Shown: piece after piece, positions 12,039-23,981 of the stretch
Layout of the letters: each line of letters opens with the position of its first letter
Numbering within the stretch: position 1 is the stretch's first letter
Assembly: GCF_004010195.1 (NCBI RefSeq)
Contig: NC_057719.1
Coordinates: forward strand, 60,866,809 to 60,930,808
Reading direction: 5' to 3'
Origin: Chiloscyllium plagiosum
Lineage: Eukaryota
DNA length: 64,000 nucleotides
Translations under genes and position numbers: made by a program
The notes under the pieces: model-generated
Told to the model about the DNA's origin: nothing
The model's input: only the letters and a program-made list of their open reading frames with translations
Database searches by the model: none

Positions 12039-14640
12039 GAACATAGAACATAGAACAGTACATCACAGTACAGGCCTTGATGTTGTCCGGCCCATTATCC
12101 TACTCTAAGATTAGACTAACCTACACATCTTTCATTGTACTATACTCCATGTCTCTATCCAAAAGTCGATTAAATGTCTCTAATGTACCTGACTCGTCTA
12201 CCACTGCCAGCAGTGCATTCCACGCACACACCACTCTCTGTGTAAAGAACCTATTTCTGATATCTCCTCTAAGCCTTCCTCCAATTCCCTTAAAATTACT
12301 CTCCCTCATGATAGACATTTCCGCCATGGGAAAAAGTCTCTGACTATCCAACCTATCTATGCCTCTCAACATCCTGTACACCTCAATCAGATCACCTCTC
12401 ATCCCTCTTCGCTCCAATGAAAAAGGCCCGAGCCCTCTCAACCTCTCTTCGTAAGTTATGCCCTCTAGTCCAGGCAACATTCCAATAAATCTCCTCTGCA
12501 CCCTCACCAAGGCCTCCACGTCTTTCTTATAATGAGGTGACCAGATCTGAACACAATATTTCAAATGTAGACTAACCATGACTCCATAGAGTTTCAGCAT
12601 AGCCTTGTAGATCTTAAACTCAATCCCCTGCTGATGAAAGCCAACACACTATACACCTTCTTAACAACCCCATACACTTGGGTGGCAACTTTGAGGGATC
12701 TGTGGACATGGATCCCAAGATGTCTCTGTTCCTCCACACTGCCAAAACTCCTGCCTTTGATCCTGTATTTTGCATTCAAATTCGACCTTTTACAGGGAAT
12801 CACTTCACATCTTTCCAGGTTGAACTCCATCTGCCACTTCTCGGTCCAGTTCTGCATCCTGTCAATGTCCCGTTGAACCTACAACAGCCCTCCACTCTAC
12901 CCAGAACTCCATCAACCTTCGTGTCATCAGCAAATAACCCAGCCTTCCACTTCCTCATCCAAGTCACTTATAAAATCACAAGCAGCAGAGGTTGGAGAAC
13001 TGATCCCTGTGGAACACACTGGTCACCAAGCTCCAGGCTGAATAATTTCCATCAACCATCACCCTCTATCTTCTATGGGCCAGCCAATTCTTTACCCAGG
13101 CAGCCAGATTTCTCTATATCCCATACCTCCTTACCTTTTGAATGAGCCTACATGGGGAACCTTACCAAATACACTGCTAAAATGTATGTACTCTACATCC
13201 ACTGCTCTACCTTCATCGATGTGTTTTGTCATATCCTCAAAGAATTCAATAAGGCTTGTGAGGAATGACCTGCCCCTCAAAACTATGGTTTTTTGAAGTA
13301 ATCATAAATTTTGCCTCTTAGAATCCTCTCCAATACTTTGCCCACCACTGACCTAAGGCTGACTTGTCTGTAATTCTCAGGATTATTCCTATTCACTTTC
13401 TTGAACAAAGAAATAACATTTTTCACCCTCCAATCATCTCGCACTACTCCAGTGGACAGTGAGGACACAAAGATCATCGCCAAAGGCTCAGCAATCTCCT
13501 CCCTCACTTCCTGTAGTATCCTAGGGTATATCCCGTTTGGCCCAGGGATTTACCTATCCTTATGGTTTTCAAACTTTTCAGCACATCCTCCTTTCTAGCA
13601 TCAACTTGTTCTCGCACATCAGTCTGTTTCATGCTGCCCTCAAAAATGACAAGGTCCCTGTCAGTAGTGAGTACTGAAGCAAAATATTCATTAAGGAGCT
13701 CCCCTACTTCCTCCAATTCTCCACTATCCCTGATCAGACCTACCCTCTCTCTCTGGCCATGCTCTTGTTACTTACAGAAGTGTAGAACGCCTTAGGGTTT
13801 TCCTTAATCCTACCTGCTAAAGTTTTTTCATGCCCCCTTTGGCTCTCCTAAATCCATTCGTCAGTTCCTTCCTGGCTAGCTTGTAATCCTCTAAAGCCCT
13901 GTCTGATCCTTGCCTCCTCAACCTTTATCCTCTTGGCAAGACATTCCACATCCCTTATCACCCAAGGTTCTTTCAACCTACCATCTCTTCCTTGCCTCAG
14001 TGGGACAAACCTATCCAGCACTATAAGCAAGTGCTTCCTAAACATTTCCCTAAGAACATCTGTCCCAATTTAGGCACCCGTGTCCATGCCTAATTGCATT
14101 GTAATTCCCCCTCCCCCAATTAAATACTTTCCCATAATGTCTGCTCCTATCCCTCTCCATGAGTATAGTAAAGTTCATGGAGCTGTGATCTCAATCACTG
14201 AAATGCTCTCCCACCAAGAGATCTGACACCTGGCCTGGTTCGTTGCCAAGCACCAAATCCAATATGGCCTCCCCTCTAAGTTGGCCTATCTACATATTGC
14301 ATCAGGAACTATTCCTGGACACACCTGACAAAAACTGCCTCATCTAAACTATTTGAACTGAGTAGGTTCCAATCAATATTGGGGATGTTAAAGTCACCCA
14401 TGACAATAACCCTGATACTTCTGCACTTTTCCACAATTTGCACCCCAATCTGCTCCTCTCTGTCTCTGTTACTACTGGGGAGCCTGTACAAACCCCTAAT
14501 AAAGTGACTACTCTTTTCCTGTTTCCACCCATACTGACGCTGTAGACAAACTCTCTTCGATGATCTCCCTTTCTGCAGCTATGATACTATCCCTAATTAG
14601 CAATGCCAATCCTCCACCATTTTGCCTCCCCACCTATTCC
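12039..14640 (-). mobile_element. CR1 LINE ORF2 (endonuclease to RT 3' end), degenerate
   Basis: ORFs YRLPSSNRD..IVMGDFNIPNIDW, EEIAEPLAMIF..NYRQVSL, HLKYCVQIWSPHYKKDV, FFTQRVVCAWNAL; (AGAACAT)n tail. Confidence 0.95.
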
Positions 14641-16389
14641 ACAGCCCAAATATATCAGTTCACATGCCCAGCAATCCCTGTGTCTATGGCCACTCCTTTT
14701 GAGTCTTCACTGCGCCTATTCACTAAGTAAGTATTGAAGAGGCAAACTTACCTTCCAGGCAGCACCCTAGTCCTTGCTCTTACCACTCCCACTGCTGCAA
14801 AAGGTGCCATGTCAGTTGAAGATTCACCATGCATCAACGAAAATAGGGTGTCTGAAATGCAACACCCCCTTCCAAACTGACACCCACATCAAATGCTCTA
14901 TCTCAACATACATTCAGTACACACAACCGTGATACTTTAATAACTGAGGAGGAGCTGAAACTGTGTGGTTCACACAGGACCCGTTGAAGTAACACAACTT
15001 TGCCTTCAGCTCATACTGGCATTTAAAACTGTTACTGCTGATATTATTGATATGGTTAGGTTCAATATGCAATCACCAAATGGCATGTTATAAATAACTT
15101 TTGACCAGCATCTGACCTTTCTGCACCCTCAATCTGAATGCAGTTGAAATGGGTGATGCATTTGTGGATCCGCCACTTATGGTCATCAAACAGACATTTA
15201 CTCCACCTACCCTGGGTGTTGTTTCACCGCTTATTAGTAGCACTTCACATCTGGAGAAAAGAAAGTCACAACTGGACATCATCAGCACTGGGTCCCTCCT
15301 GGTCATCAGTTGCCGCCCCATTAAAGCCAGTGTGTCCCCTTTTATCTCACACTACCATGACAATCCATTTCAACCCATTTTCCCAATATGGACACTCATC
15401 TCCTTTAGCATTGTCCTCTGTATCCCCTGAACTCCAGTGTTACACATTGCTGATGATCACTCTGCTCCTTAGAGTTGTGGTACTGTCATTAATTCCCCCC
15501 TCACCCGCCCTAGCCTCTGATGCTGTTGTGAATGTCCCTCCCATTTAATTTCAGACTCACTCCTCCTGCCCCCATCAACACCCTTATCCCTACTGGTATA
15601 TGCATCTAACAACAAGTGGAGAAGGGGGAGGAGATGGAGAGAGAGAGAGAGAGCAGAATGACAGAAGGATGGAAGAGATGATATGTGGGGTATTGCAAGG
15701 GATTTGGAGCAAGGATATGGGTGAGGTGGTAGTGACAGCCTTTAGCATCAGTGCAGCTTTTGACAGAATGTGGCAGCATCTCAGTCACAGGTGAGAAGTA
15801 TAGGTGTTCCTCAGTATTGCTATTTTCTACTCAACTTGTTCAGAGAAGTTATTGCACATCTCTGGAGTATGTGGAACCTGGGTCAGAGATTAGGATACTA
15901 CTATGCTGTCATGGAACCCTTGTTCCTCAGGGATCAACTATCTCCAGGTCCAGGTTCAGCTCCAGATCTTCCTGAGCGTGTAAGGGCATTGGAACATGGA
16001 GCAAACTTGTGATGAATACACAGAGCTGTACTTTACCAAGTATACATACCATAATGTGAGTAGTATTAGAATAGATTAGTAAGATGAGTAGAAGAAACTA
16101 CACTAAAATTTGCTACTTTCCAGAAACAGGCAGAGAGCAAATGCAGTGGCCACATGAAGTTCATTAATCATTGCCAACTACAACTATAAATCAAAGCCTG
16201 GTATCATTACAATTACTGTGCATTAAAGTACTTAGCATTAATGTACAATAAATAGTGTTACTTTGAAATCTAAGGTTGAAGACAGCTGTTGATTTTGACT
16301 TCTCCTCAACCAATCTGTAAAGAATCCAAACTTAGTGTGGCATCAACATACATGACAAAAGATTTCTCTTCATCGTAATGTCATATATG

Positions 16390-17256
16390 TGGATCGTCAG
16401 TGATGATTGCACAATATTTAGTATGATTTCTGATGCCCCAGCTACAGAAGCAGACTGAATGCAGCAATATCTCACCCTAATTACATTTGAATTGATAAAT
16501 GGCAAGTAACATTCACATCAAGCAAATGCCATTAAATAACAATTTTCAGCAAGAGAGAATCAAATAATTTTGCCTGCACATTCGACAACATTGCCACTGC
16601 TGAATTCCCCACAATCAACATACTGGGGCTTACATTTAACCAGAAATTTAGCTGGACCAGCCATATAAATACTGTGATTATAATAGCAGATGAGAGGTTC
16701 GGAACTCTGCTGTGAATAACTCACCATCTGTCTCCACGAAGCCTGTCTGCTATCTGAAAGGCACAAGTTAGGAGTGTGATGGAATATTCTTCACTTGCTG
16801 GATGAATGCATTGCCAACAACACTTAAGAGGTTTGATAGCATCCAAAACAAAGCCATCCAATGTGACTAGCATCCCAAACATCATCGCATTCACACCCTC
16901 CACCACCAATATATAATGGCAATATTATTGCCATCTACAAGAGCCCACCGTATGCAGACTCTTCTGACTGCATTTTCCAAAACAACAAAATCTACCATGT
17001 AGAAGTGATAAAGCATCAGATACATGGGAACAACGTCACATGTGAGTATCCCTCCAAGCCACACTCCATCTTGATGCACTGGGTCAAAATCTTGGAACTT
17101 CTGTCCTAACATGGGCACACTTGCATCCCACCCCCATGGACTACAGTAATTCAATAAGGAGGCTCACCACCATCTTTGCAAGGATAATTATAAATGAAGT
17201 ATAATTGGTGGTCCAACCAGCAATACCTATAACCCATGAACAAACAAAAGAAAAAA
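16390..17256 (+). mobile_element. LINE 3' portion (CR1/L2-group, same family as 35890-36720 and probably 62390-64000)
   Basis: AAGGCACAAGTTAGGAGTGTGATGGAATA (KAQVRSVMEY); 3' tail GCTCACCACCA...CCCATGAACAAACAAAAGAAAA. Confidence 0.8.
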
Positions 17257-17269
17257 GTGGCAGCTAAAT

Positions 17270-17660
17270 AGGGATCAGAGAGTGCGTACGAATGAGGGAG
17301 TAGGGGCTGAATGGGGAGAGAGGGAGGGCAGAAATGTTTGAGTAGGGGCTGAGTGTGGATAGAATAGGTGGTGTGAATTGGGTTGACTAAGGATGGGATT
17401 ATAGGGGTGAGTGAGTGAGTGAGAGGTGGGTAGGGATGGGAGAGAGAACATAAGCGGGGTCAGTATAGGAGGGAAGGACATGCATATGTGTGAGACTGAT
17501 TACGGATGAGAGAGAGAAGATGAATGAGTGTGCAGGGCTGAGTGGGGAGGGAAGACAAAGTGTGCAAGAGTATGGTGAGGGAAGTGTATTGGGAAGACAG
17601 ATGTGTGTATGTGGTGAGTGGAAAGAACGAACTACATGATATGTGATGGGTGGGAAGAGG
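17270..17660. repeat. Purine-rich (GA/GT) low-complexity tract
   Basis: Strong G+A strand bias with GTGA/GGGA repeats. Confidence 0.6.
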
Positions 17661-18184
17661 GTCTTGTTAGAATTTACTTTATTACTGTGCAATTAATGCA
17701 GTTTAAAATTGGCAAATTGTACTATATGTATTAACAGTACAGGGAATCTTAAATTGTATGTCAATAATTTTCAGACATTGGGATGCTATATTACGTGATA
17801 AATAAATCCTACAGACTTCACTACATTTCTGATGTCTAATAATCACTTTTGATACCTGCTAATTACTTCTAATGTTCATTGATTTCTTCTGATGGTTAAC
17901 AAATGCTTCTGAAAGCTAATGACCCCTTTTGAATGCTTATGATCATTTTAACAAATTTACCAAAGCTGCAATATTTTTGAATGGTTTGGTGCTTTGGTGA
18001 TTGCTTTAAGTAATCGGTAGCATTCAAAAATGCTGATGTTAAAAGAACAATTAATAGTGAATGATAGTTGTTACTGCCACACAAACTGCTCCTAGATTTA
18101 ATCCTTGATCCCAAATTATATCAAATAAGGATATTGCATGGTTTAAGCACATTGAATGTCAAAACTTACACTGTGCTGGTTGGG

Positions 18185-19535
18185 CCATTAGACTGTCCTG
18201 GTTGGGCCATTAGGGTTAGCCAGCCCATAGTAATGACAGGGAATGTCATCCTCCACACTAAACACACCCTAGTAGAGATCTCAACACAGGCAACTGAGCG
18301 CCATTTCCAATGTGAGAAGGGCAAAGTGGAAGACAGTTCTTCTACCCCAAATCAGTCCATGGTAATAGTTGGGGATATGGGAGAAAACCCAGCTGAGGGA
18401 ATTCTAGGCACACGGGAACTGCACAACTGTGGGGATATAGATGGCAATGAAGATAGGGGGAGAGTAAAGGATATCCTCCTAGATGCAGCCAAGGAGACCC
18501 TCTCCTGGGCGGATCACGAAAATACGTAGCAGGATCACTCCGAATAGGATAGAAACAGTTATGTCCATAAGGATTGATGGAAGTCAATCCGCACAGGTAG
18601 CAGAACTGGAAGCACTCACCAAAGCACTGGAACTAGCAAAACGAAAAAGCATGAATATATATACAGACAATGAATATGCCTTCGGTGTAGTTCATGACTA
18701 CATAGTGGCATCGGATAAAAGAGGGTTCACCACCACGGGGGACCCCCTATCAGACACCAATTAAGAATTCAGGAATTATTGCGTGCCAGTGAACAGCCAA
18801 AACAGGTTGCAGTAATTTAAAAAAGGCCCATCAAAAGGGGCCAGCAAAAAAGAGTCCAAGTTGGCTAAAATTCAAAGGAAACCAGGCAGCAGACAGAGCA
18901 TCTCAGAAAGCCCTAGAACAAGAAGCCATTGACGAGGCTGCAATAGTTACTGATGAATTAGCAAAAAACACTGCACAAATTCAGCATCTACAGGAGGATA
19001 CCCCGCAGGAAATGAGAGAGCAATAGGAACTGCAAGGGGCATTCAAAGGGGAGGATGGTATCTGGAGGCGAGCAGACAAAGTGGTAGCACCAGTGTGTAT
19101 ACAGAATACATTGCTTGAACTGCACCACGGCTCTCCCGAGGCCATAATAGCAAGTCTAAGGAGAGAGTGGTGATGGAAGGGAATCGGAAGAGATGTGGTC
19201 AAGTATTGCCGCAAAAGCATGGTTTGTGCACAACATAATCCAGGGAGACCCATAAAAGTTAGGATGGGACACCAGCCCAAACCAAAGGGACCTTTGGAAC
19301 ATCTTCAGATAGATTTTAGAGGGCCACTACCACCTTCCCATGGGAAAACATACTGCCTGGTCATCATAGACCAATTCACCCGGTGGATAGATGCATTCCT
19401 GACCAAAAGCTGCACTGCGACCACAGTAGCCAGAATATTAGTGGAGGAGGTAATCCCGAAGTGGGGGGTACCCCTCCAGATTGACTCCAACTAAAGGATG
19501 CATTTTACAGGCAAGGTCATGAAGACTGTATCCTA
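18185..19535 (+). mobile_element. Endogenous retrovirus pol fragment (connection, RNase H, integrase), class I-like (gamma/epsilon)
   Basis: NPAEGIL..LHNC; SAQVAELEALTKALELAKRKSMNIYTDNEYAFGVVH; GNQAADRA; C..C zinc finger; HLQIDF.GPLP...YCLVIIDQFTRW..AF...VIPKWGVPLQIDS; contains stops. Confidence 0.88.
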
Positions 19536-20685
19536 CCGTCAAGACTATTTTGTAACCAATTGGAAGCTCACCCTGAATCCCATGTGATCTAACTTTACTA
19601 ATTTGTCTACCATATGGAACCTTGTCAAAGGTTTTACTAAAGTCCACAAAACAACGTTTACCACACTGCCCGCATCAATCCTTTTGGTTACTTCCTCAAA
19701 ACACTTTCACAAGCTTGCAAGACACAATTTCTCTTGCATAAAACCATGCTGACTATTCCTAATCAATCCTTGCCTCTCCAAATGCATGAAAATTCAATCT
19801 TGCAGAATCACCATCAATGTTAGGCTCACATGTCTGTTTTTCCCAGGCTTCTCCTTACAATCTTCAATAAAGGCACAACATTAGCCTCCAGATCTCTAGC
19901 ACCTCACCCATGGTTATAGATGACACAAGTATTTCTACAATGCCCCGCCACCCCCCCCCAATTTATCCCCTAACTTTCCACAATGTCCTGGGATACACTT
20001 GATCAAGTTCCAGTGATTTATCCAAGTTTATGTTTTCTAAGACCTCAAGAACTTCCCTTTTATCAAATGAACTGTTTTCAAAACATCAATATTTATTTCC
20101 TGGAGTTCTATAGCCTCCATTTGTTTCTCCACAGTAAAAACTGAGGCAAAATGTTTATTTAGTATCTCTCCCATTTCCTGTGGTTCAACACAGAGATGAC
20201 CTTGTTGATCTTTATGGGGCCCTATTTGCTCTCTCATTGCACTTAATGTGCTTGTAGTATCTCTCTGGATTATCCTTAACCATATGTGCAAAGGCTCTCC
20301 CTCCTAATTTCCCTCTCAAGAATGCCCCAACATTCATTTGATCCCACTTGACTTTGTCTCATATATATTTCTTCCTTTTCTTGTCTAGAGCCTCAATACC
20401 TTTATTTATCTATTGTACCCTACTCTTACCAGCCTTACCCTTCACTCTAAGAGAAACATAATGCCTCTAAACTCTCATTATCACCCTTTTGAAAGTGTCT
20501 CATTTGTCAGTCATCCCTTTACTTGTGAACAGTCTGCTCTAATCAACTTTTGAAGTTTCTTGTCTTATACTGTTAAAATTTTCCTTACTACAATTAAAAA
20601 AATTAACTTATGGAAGGCTTATCCTTTTCCATAACTTTTTTAAATTAATAGAATTAGGATCACTAGTCCCAATAGGTTCCCCTAC
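19536..20685 (-). mobile_element. CR1 LINE ORF2 fragment
   Basis: MDFSKTFDKVPYGR..SHGIQGEL; IGPHKDQQGHLCVEPQEMGEILNKHFASVFT. Confidence 0.9.
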
Positions 20686-20841
20686 TGCAGTGATTGCAAC
20701 AAGGTCCAGGTGAATCTTATTGACTAAGAGATCTTTGATTGAGGTTGTTAACCTCAGTCAATCAGACAGCCCTGGCTGACAGATATAAACAGGAGATTCA
20801 GAGTCTGCTTAATTTAGGGGACTGACTCTGTGCTGGCTGGT
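20686..20841 (+). mobile_element. Gypsy 5' LTR (U3 and TATA part), interrupted
   Basis: TGCAGTGATTGCAACAAGGTC...GTTAACC...CAATCAG..CCTGGCTGACAGATATAAAC aligns with the reverse complement of the LTR at 40652-40887. Confidence 0.85.
20784..20789 (+). promoter_or_regulatory. LTR TATA box (TATAAA), downstream of a CAAT-like box
   Basis: CAATCAG at about 20759, TATAAA at 20784 inside the LTR. Confidence 0.6.
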
Positions 20842-21200
20842 GTTATAGTCAGTATGTCACTGTTTATTTCTGCTTCTCTTTTTTGGGAGGGGGAAAACCT
20901 GATTTCTGAACTGGCTGAATTATTTAGNNNNNNNNNNNNNNNNNNNNNNNNNNNNNNTTGTCTGCACTTTTGTATGTAACGGTATTGTCTAATGTATAAA
21001 TGTCATTGTCACTGTCTTGTCATATGTGGAACTGGGATTTGAGGTTTGTCCTCCTCTCCCTGTAAAATGGTTGAACAGTAGGGTTCGGGGCCTAGCTTTG
21101 CTGCTCCTCTCCCTTGTAAAATTGCTGTCTTTTGTGTACAGCTGTCAATGTTTTTTGTAAACTGTTTTGTAATTTGTTTAATAAAATTAAAAAAAAAAAA
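20789..21200 (+). mobile_element. Tx1-like non-autonomous unit 1 (interrupted by N gap)
   Basis: 5' end matches units 2 and 3; 3' end matches 22720-22935; AATAAA at 21180 followed by poly(A). Confidence 0.75.
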
Positions 21201-22943
21201 ACAGGAGATTCAGAGTCTGCTTAATTTAGGGGACTGACTCTGTGCTGGCTGGTACTATTGCCAACATGTTACTGTTGGTTTCTGCTTTTTTTTTTGGAGG
21301 GGGAAACCAGATCACTGAACTGGCTGAATTATTGTTAACTGGCATTCCTCTTAGTGAAGACTAATTGTTAAACTCCTGATGCACATAATGTGTTTCAGGT
21401 GTAACTCAGTTGTCATTAGAGGATTGTTGTTTCACTGGCTGGTTACAGCCTGTGTTACTCTTTTCTCCCTTTTTTTGAGAAAAGGACAATGTTAATTTTG
21501 TGGTGGGGTTTAGCCCTTGGACTCTAGGTTTTATGTGTCTTCACTTTTTATTGGTGTTTTGGACTGAGCCCTGTGGAAGACGTACATTTTACCAGAGGAG
21601 CTGTTCCTTGGGGAGGCCTAGCCCTGGGACTGGGCCTCTGAAGATTGAACACCTGTGTGTGCTGGGACGTGAGCAGTTGCTGTATCCTGGAGTTTAGCAG
21701 CAGACCTTTCCTTCATGAGTAGACCAAATCCCTGTGAGTGTACTATGTTCCTGTGAGTGGGCCTAGTTTTCCAAGGCTGGGCCAGGACTCCATGGAGACT
21801 GAGCACCTGTGGGGTGTGCACTTGCTGCCTTCAGGAGTGGACTCTGCCTGGAAATGGATTCTATATGTTGAAGACTGCATAGATTTGGACTGTGTACCAG
21901 AAAGGACTCTGTTTTTTGGTAACTAACTGTATTGTGGTGTTTCCTGGGTCTATCACCTGCACTGTCTTGTGTCCCTGGGTCTGGCAGACCTTACAGTGAG
22001 CTGGGAAGCTCATGGGTCATCCTGAAAGCTGTCACCCTGAGCTGGCGGGTGGGTCGACCATCCTGTGAACCTGAAGGTTGGTAGGCTGTCCCAAAAGCCA
22101 GCAGGTGGATAGACCACCCTGATGCCAGTTGCCCTGAGCCAGATGGTGGGTAGGCCATTCTGAGCACTGCCCTGAGAAGGGGTAATTGGGACAGGCTGTC
22201 CTAGAGGTGGTCGAAAGGTGTCAGAGCAGCTGAGCACCAGAAGGTGTGTAGGGGCGGGCTGAGATCCAGAAGGCTTATGGGCTACCCTGCACGCTGCCTT
22301 CCCAGGGAAGGGGATGGGCTGTTCTCGAGGTGGCTGGAAGGTGTGCCAGGATAGCCCACTGGCCGGATGGCACATTGGGGTGGGTGAGAGCCTGATGGTA
22401 CATAGGGGCAGACCGAAAGCCAGAAGGTGGGTAGCCATCTTCAGTGCGTTACCCCAGGCAGGTACCAGGGTGGGCTGCCCCAGAGGTGGTTGAAAGGTGC
22501 CGAGGGTGGTTAGTGAAGCCGGAAGGTGGGTAGGCCATCCTGACTTCTGTCACCCCGGGTGGGTACTGGGGCGGGCTGTCCTACAGGTGGTTGAAAGTTG
22601 TCAGGGTGGACTGAACTGGAAGGGGCATGGGGTGGACCGAGAGCCAGAAGGTACGTAGGAGTGGGCTGCCTTAGAGTGGCTGGAAGGTGGGAGGGACTGG
22701 GGCTTGCTGGGTCTGTACTGTATGCACTTTTTATATAACTGGATTGTCCTTTTTTATGTACAAATGTCACTGTCTTTTATGTGAAACTGGAATTTGAGGT
22801 CTGTCCTCATCTCCCTGTAAACTGGTTGAATGGTAGGGTTTGGGGCCTAGCTTTGCTGCTCCTCTCCCTTGTAAAATTGTTGTATACAGCTGTGAATATT
22901 AACTTTTTTAAACTTTTGTAATTTGTTTAATAAAATATTATAA
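21201..22943 (+). mobile_element. Tx1-like non-autonomous unit 2 (complete, about 1743 bp)
   Basis: Starts with the LTR-derived ACAGGAGATTCAG; degenerate FLLVFW...GLVFQGWAR..SMETEH..AAFR resembles the Tx1 ORF2 C-terminus (compare 59140-59830); internal repeats; AATAAA at 22929. Confidence 0.75.
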
Positions 22944-23981
22944 ACAGGAGATTGAGTCTCCTCAATTTTGGAGACTGACTCTGTGCTGGCTGGTGTTAGT
23001 CAGTATGTTACTGTTGCAGCTGGTTTCTGCTCCTTTTTTCTGGGGTGGAAACCTGATTCCTGAACTGGCTGAATTATTTAGCCAGTTTAACTGGCATTCC
23101 TTTTAGTGACGACTGATTTTGTTAAACTCCTGATGCACCTAATGTTTCAGGTGTAACTCTGTTCTCATAAGGGGATTGTTGTTTCACTGACTGGTTACAG
23201 CCTATGTTTCTCCTTTTGAGAAAAGGATGTCAATTTTTTGTGGTAGGGCTTAGCCCTTGGACTTTGTTTTTTGTCTGTGTCTTCACTTTTTATTGGTGTT
23301 TGGATTGAGCCCTTGTGGAAGACATACATTTTTCCAGAGGAGCTGTTCCTGGGGGAGGCCTAGCCTTGGGGCTGGGCCTCTGAAGATTGAACACGTGCTG
23401 GGAAGTGAGCACTTGCTGTATCCTGGAGTTTGGGTGAAGATTTTCCTTTGGCAGTGGACCAAACCCCCGTGAGTTAACTGCACCTGTACTATATTTCTGT
23501 GGGTGGGCCTGGTTTTCCAAGGCTGGGGCAGGACTCCATGGAGACTGAACACCTGTGGGGTGTGCATTTGCTGCCTTCAGGAGTGGACGCTGCAGTTTGG
23601 TGTGGTCTCCATGTTGGACAATGCACCTCAAACTGGAGTGGACTCCATTTCTGGGAATAGACTCTATTTAGACTATGTACCAGAAAGGACTCTGTTCGGT
23701 TTTTTTGGTAATTAACTGTATATTTTTTTGTTGGGTCTACCACCCGCACTCTTGTGTCCCTGGGTCTGTCAGGCCTTGCTATGAGCTGGGAGGCTCATGG
23801 GTCATCCTGAAAGCTGTCACCCTGAGAGCCAGAGGGTGGGTAGGCCATCCTGTCAACCTGAAGGTTGGTAGGCTGTCCTGAAAGCCAGAGGGTGGTTAGG
23901 CCACCCTGATGCCAGTCACCCTGAGAGCCAGATGGTGGGTAGGCCGTTCTGAGCACTGTCATCCTGAAGAGTAATTGGACA
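22944..23981 (+). mobile_element. Tx1-like non-autonomous unit 3 (3' truncated)
   Basis: Colinear with 21201-22190; ends abruptly at Gypsy pol. Confidence 0.8.

Noticed and set aside
21990-22720. CRISPR-like repeat-spacer array
   Set aside because: Repeats are degenerate with irregular spacing and related spacers; eukaryotic context with no cas genes
22010-22770. Pro-rich minus-strand ORFs (142 aa, 86 aa)
   Set aside because: They arise from the G-rich internal repeats of the Tx1-like unit; no coding signature or recognisable domain
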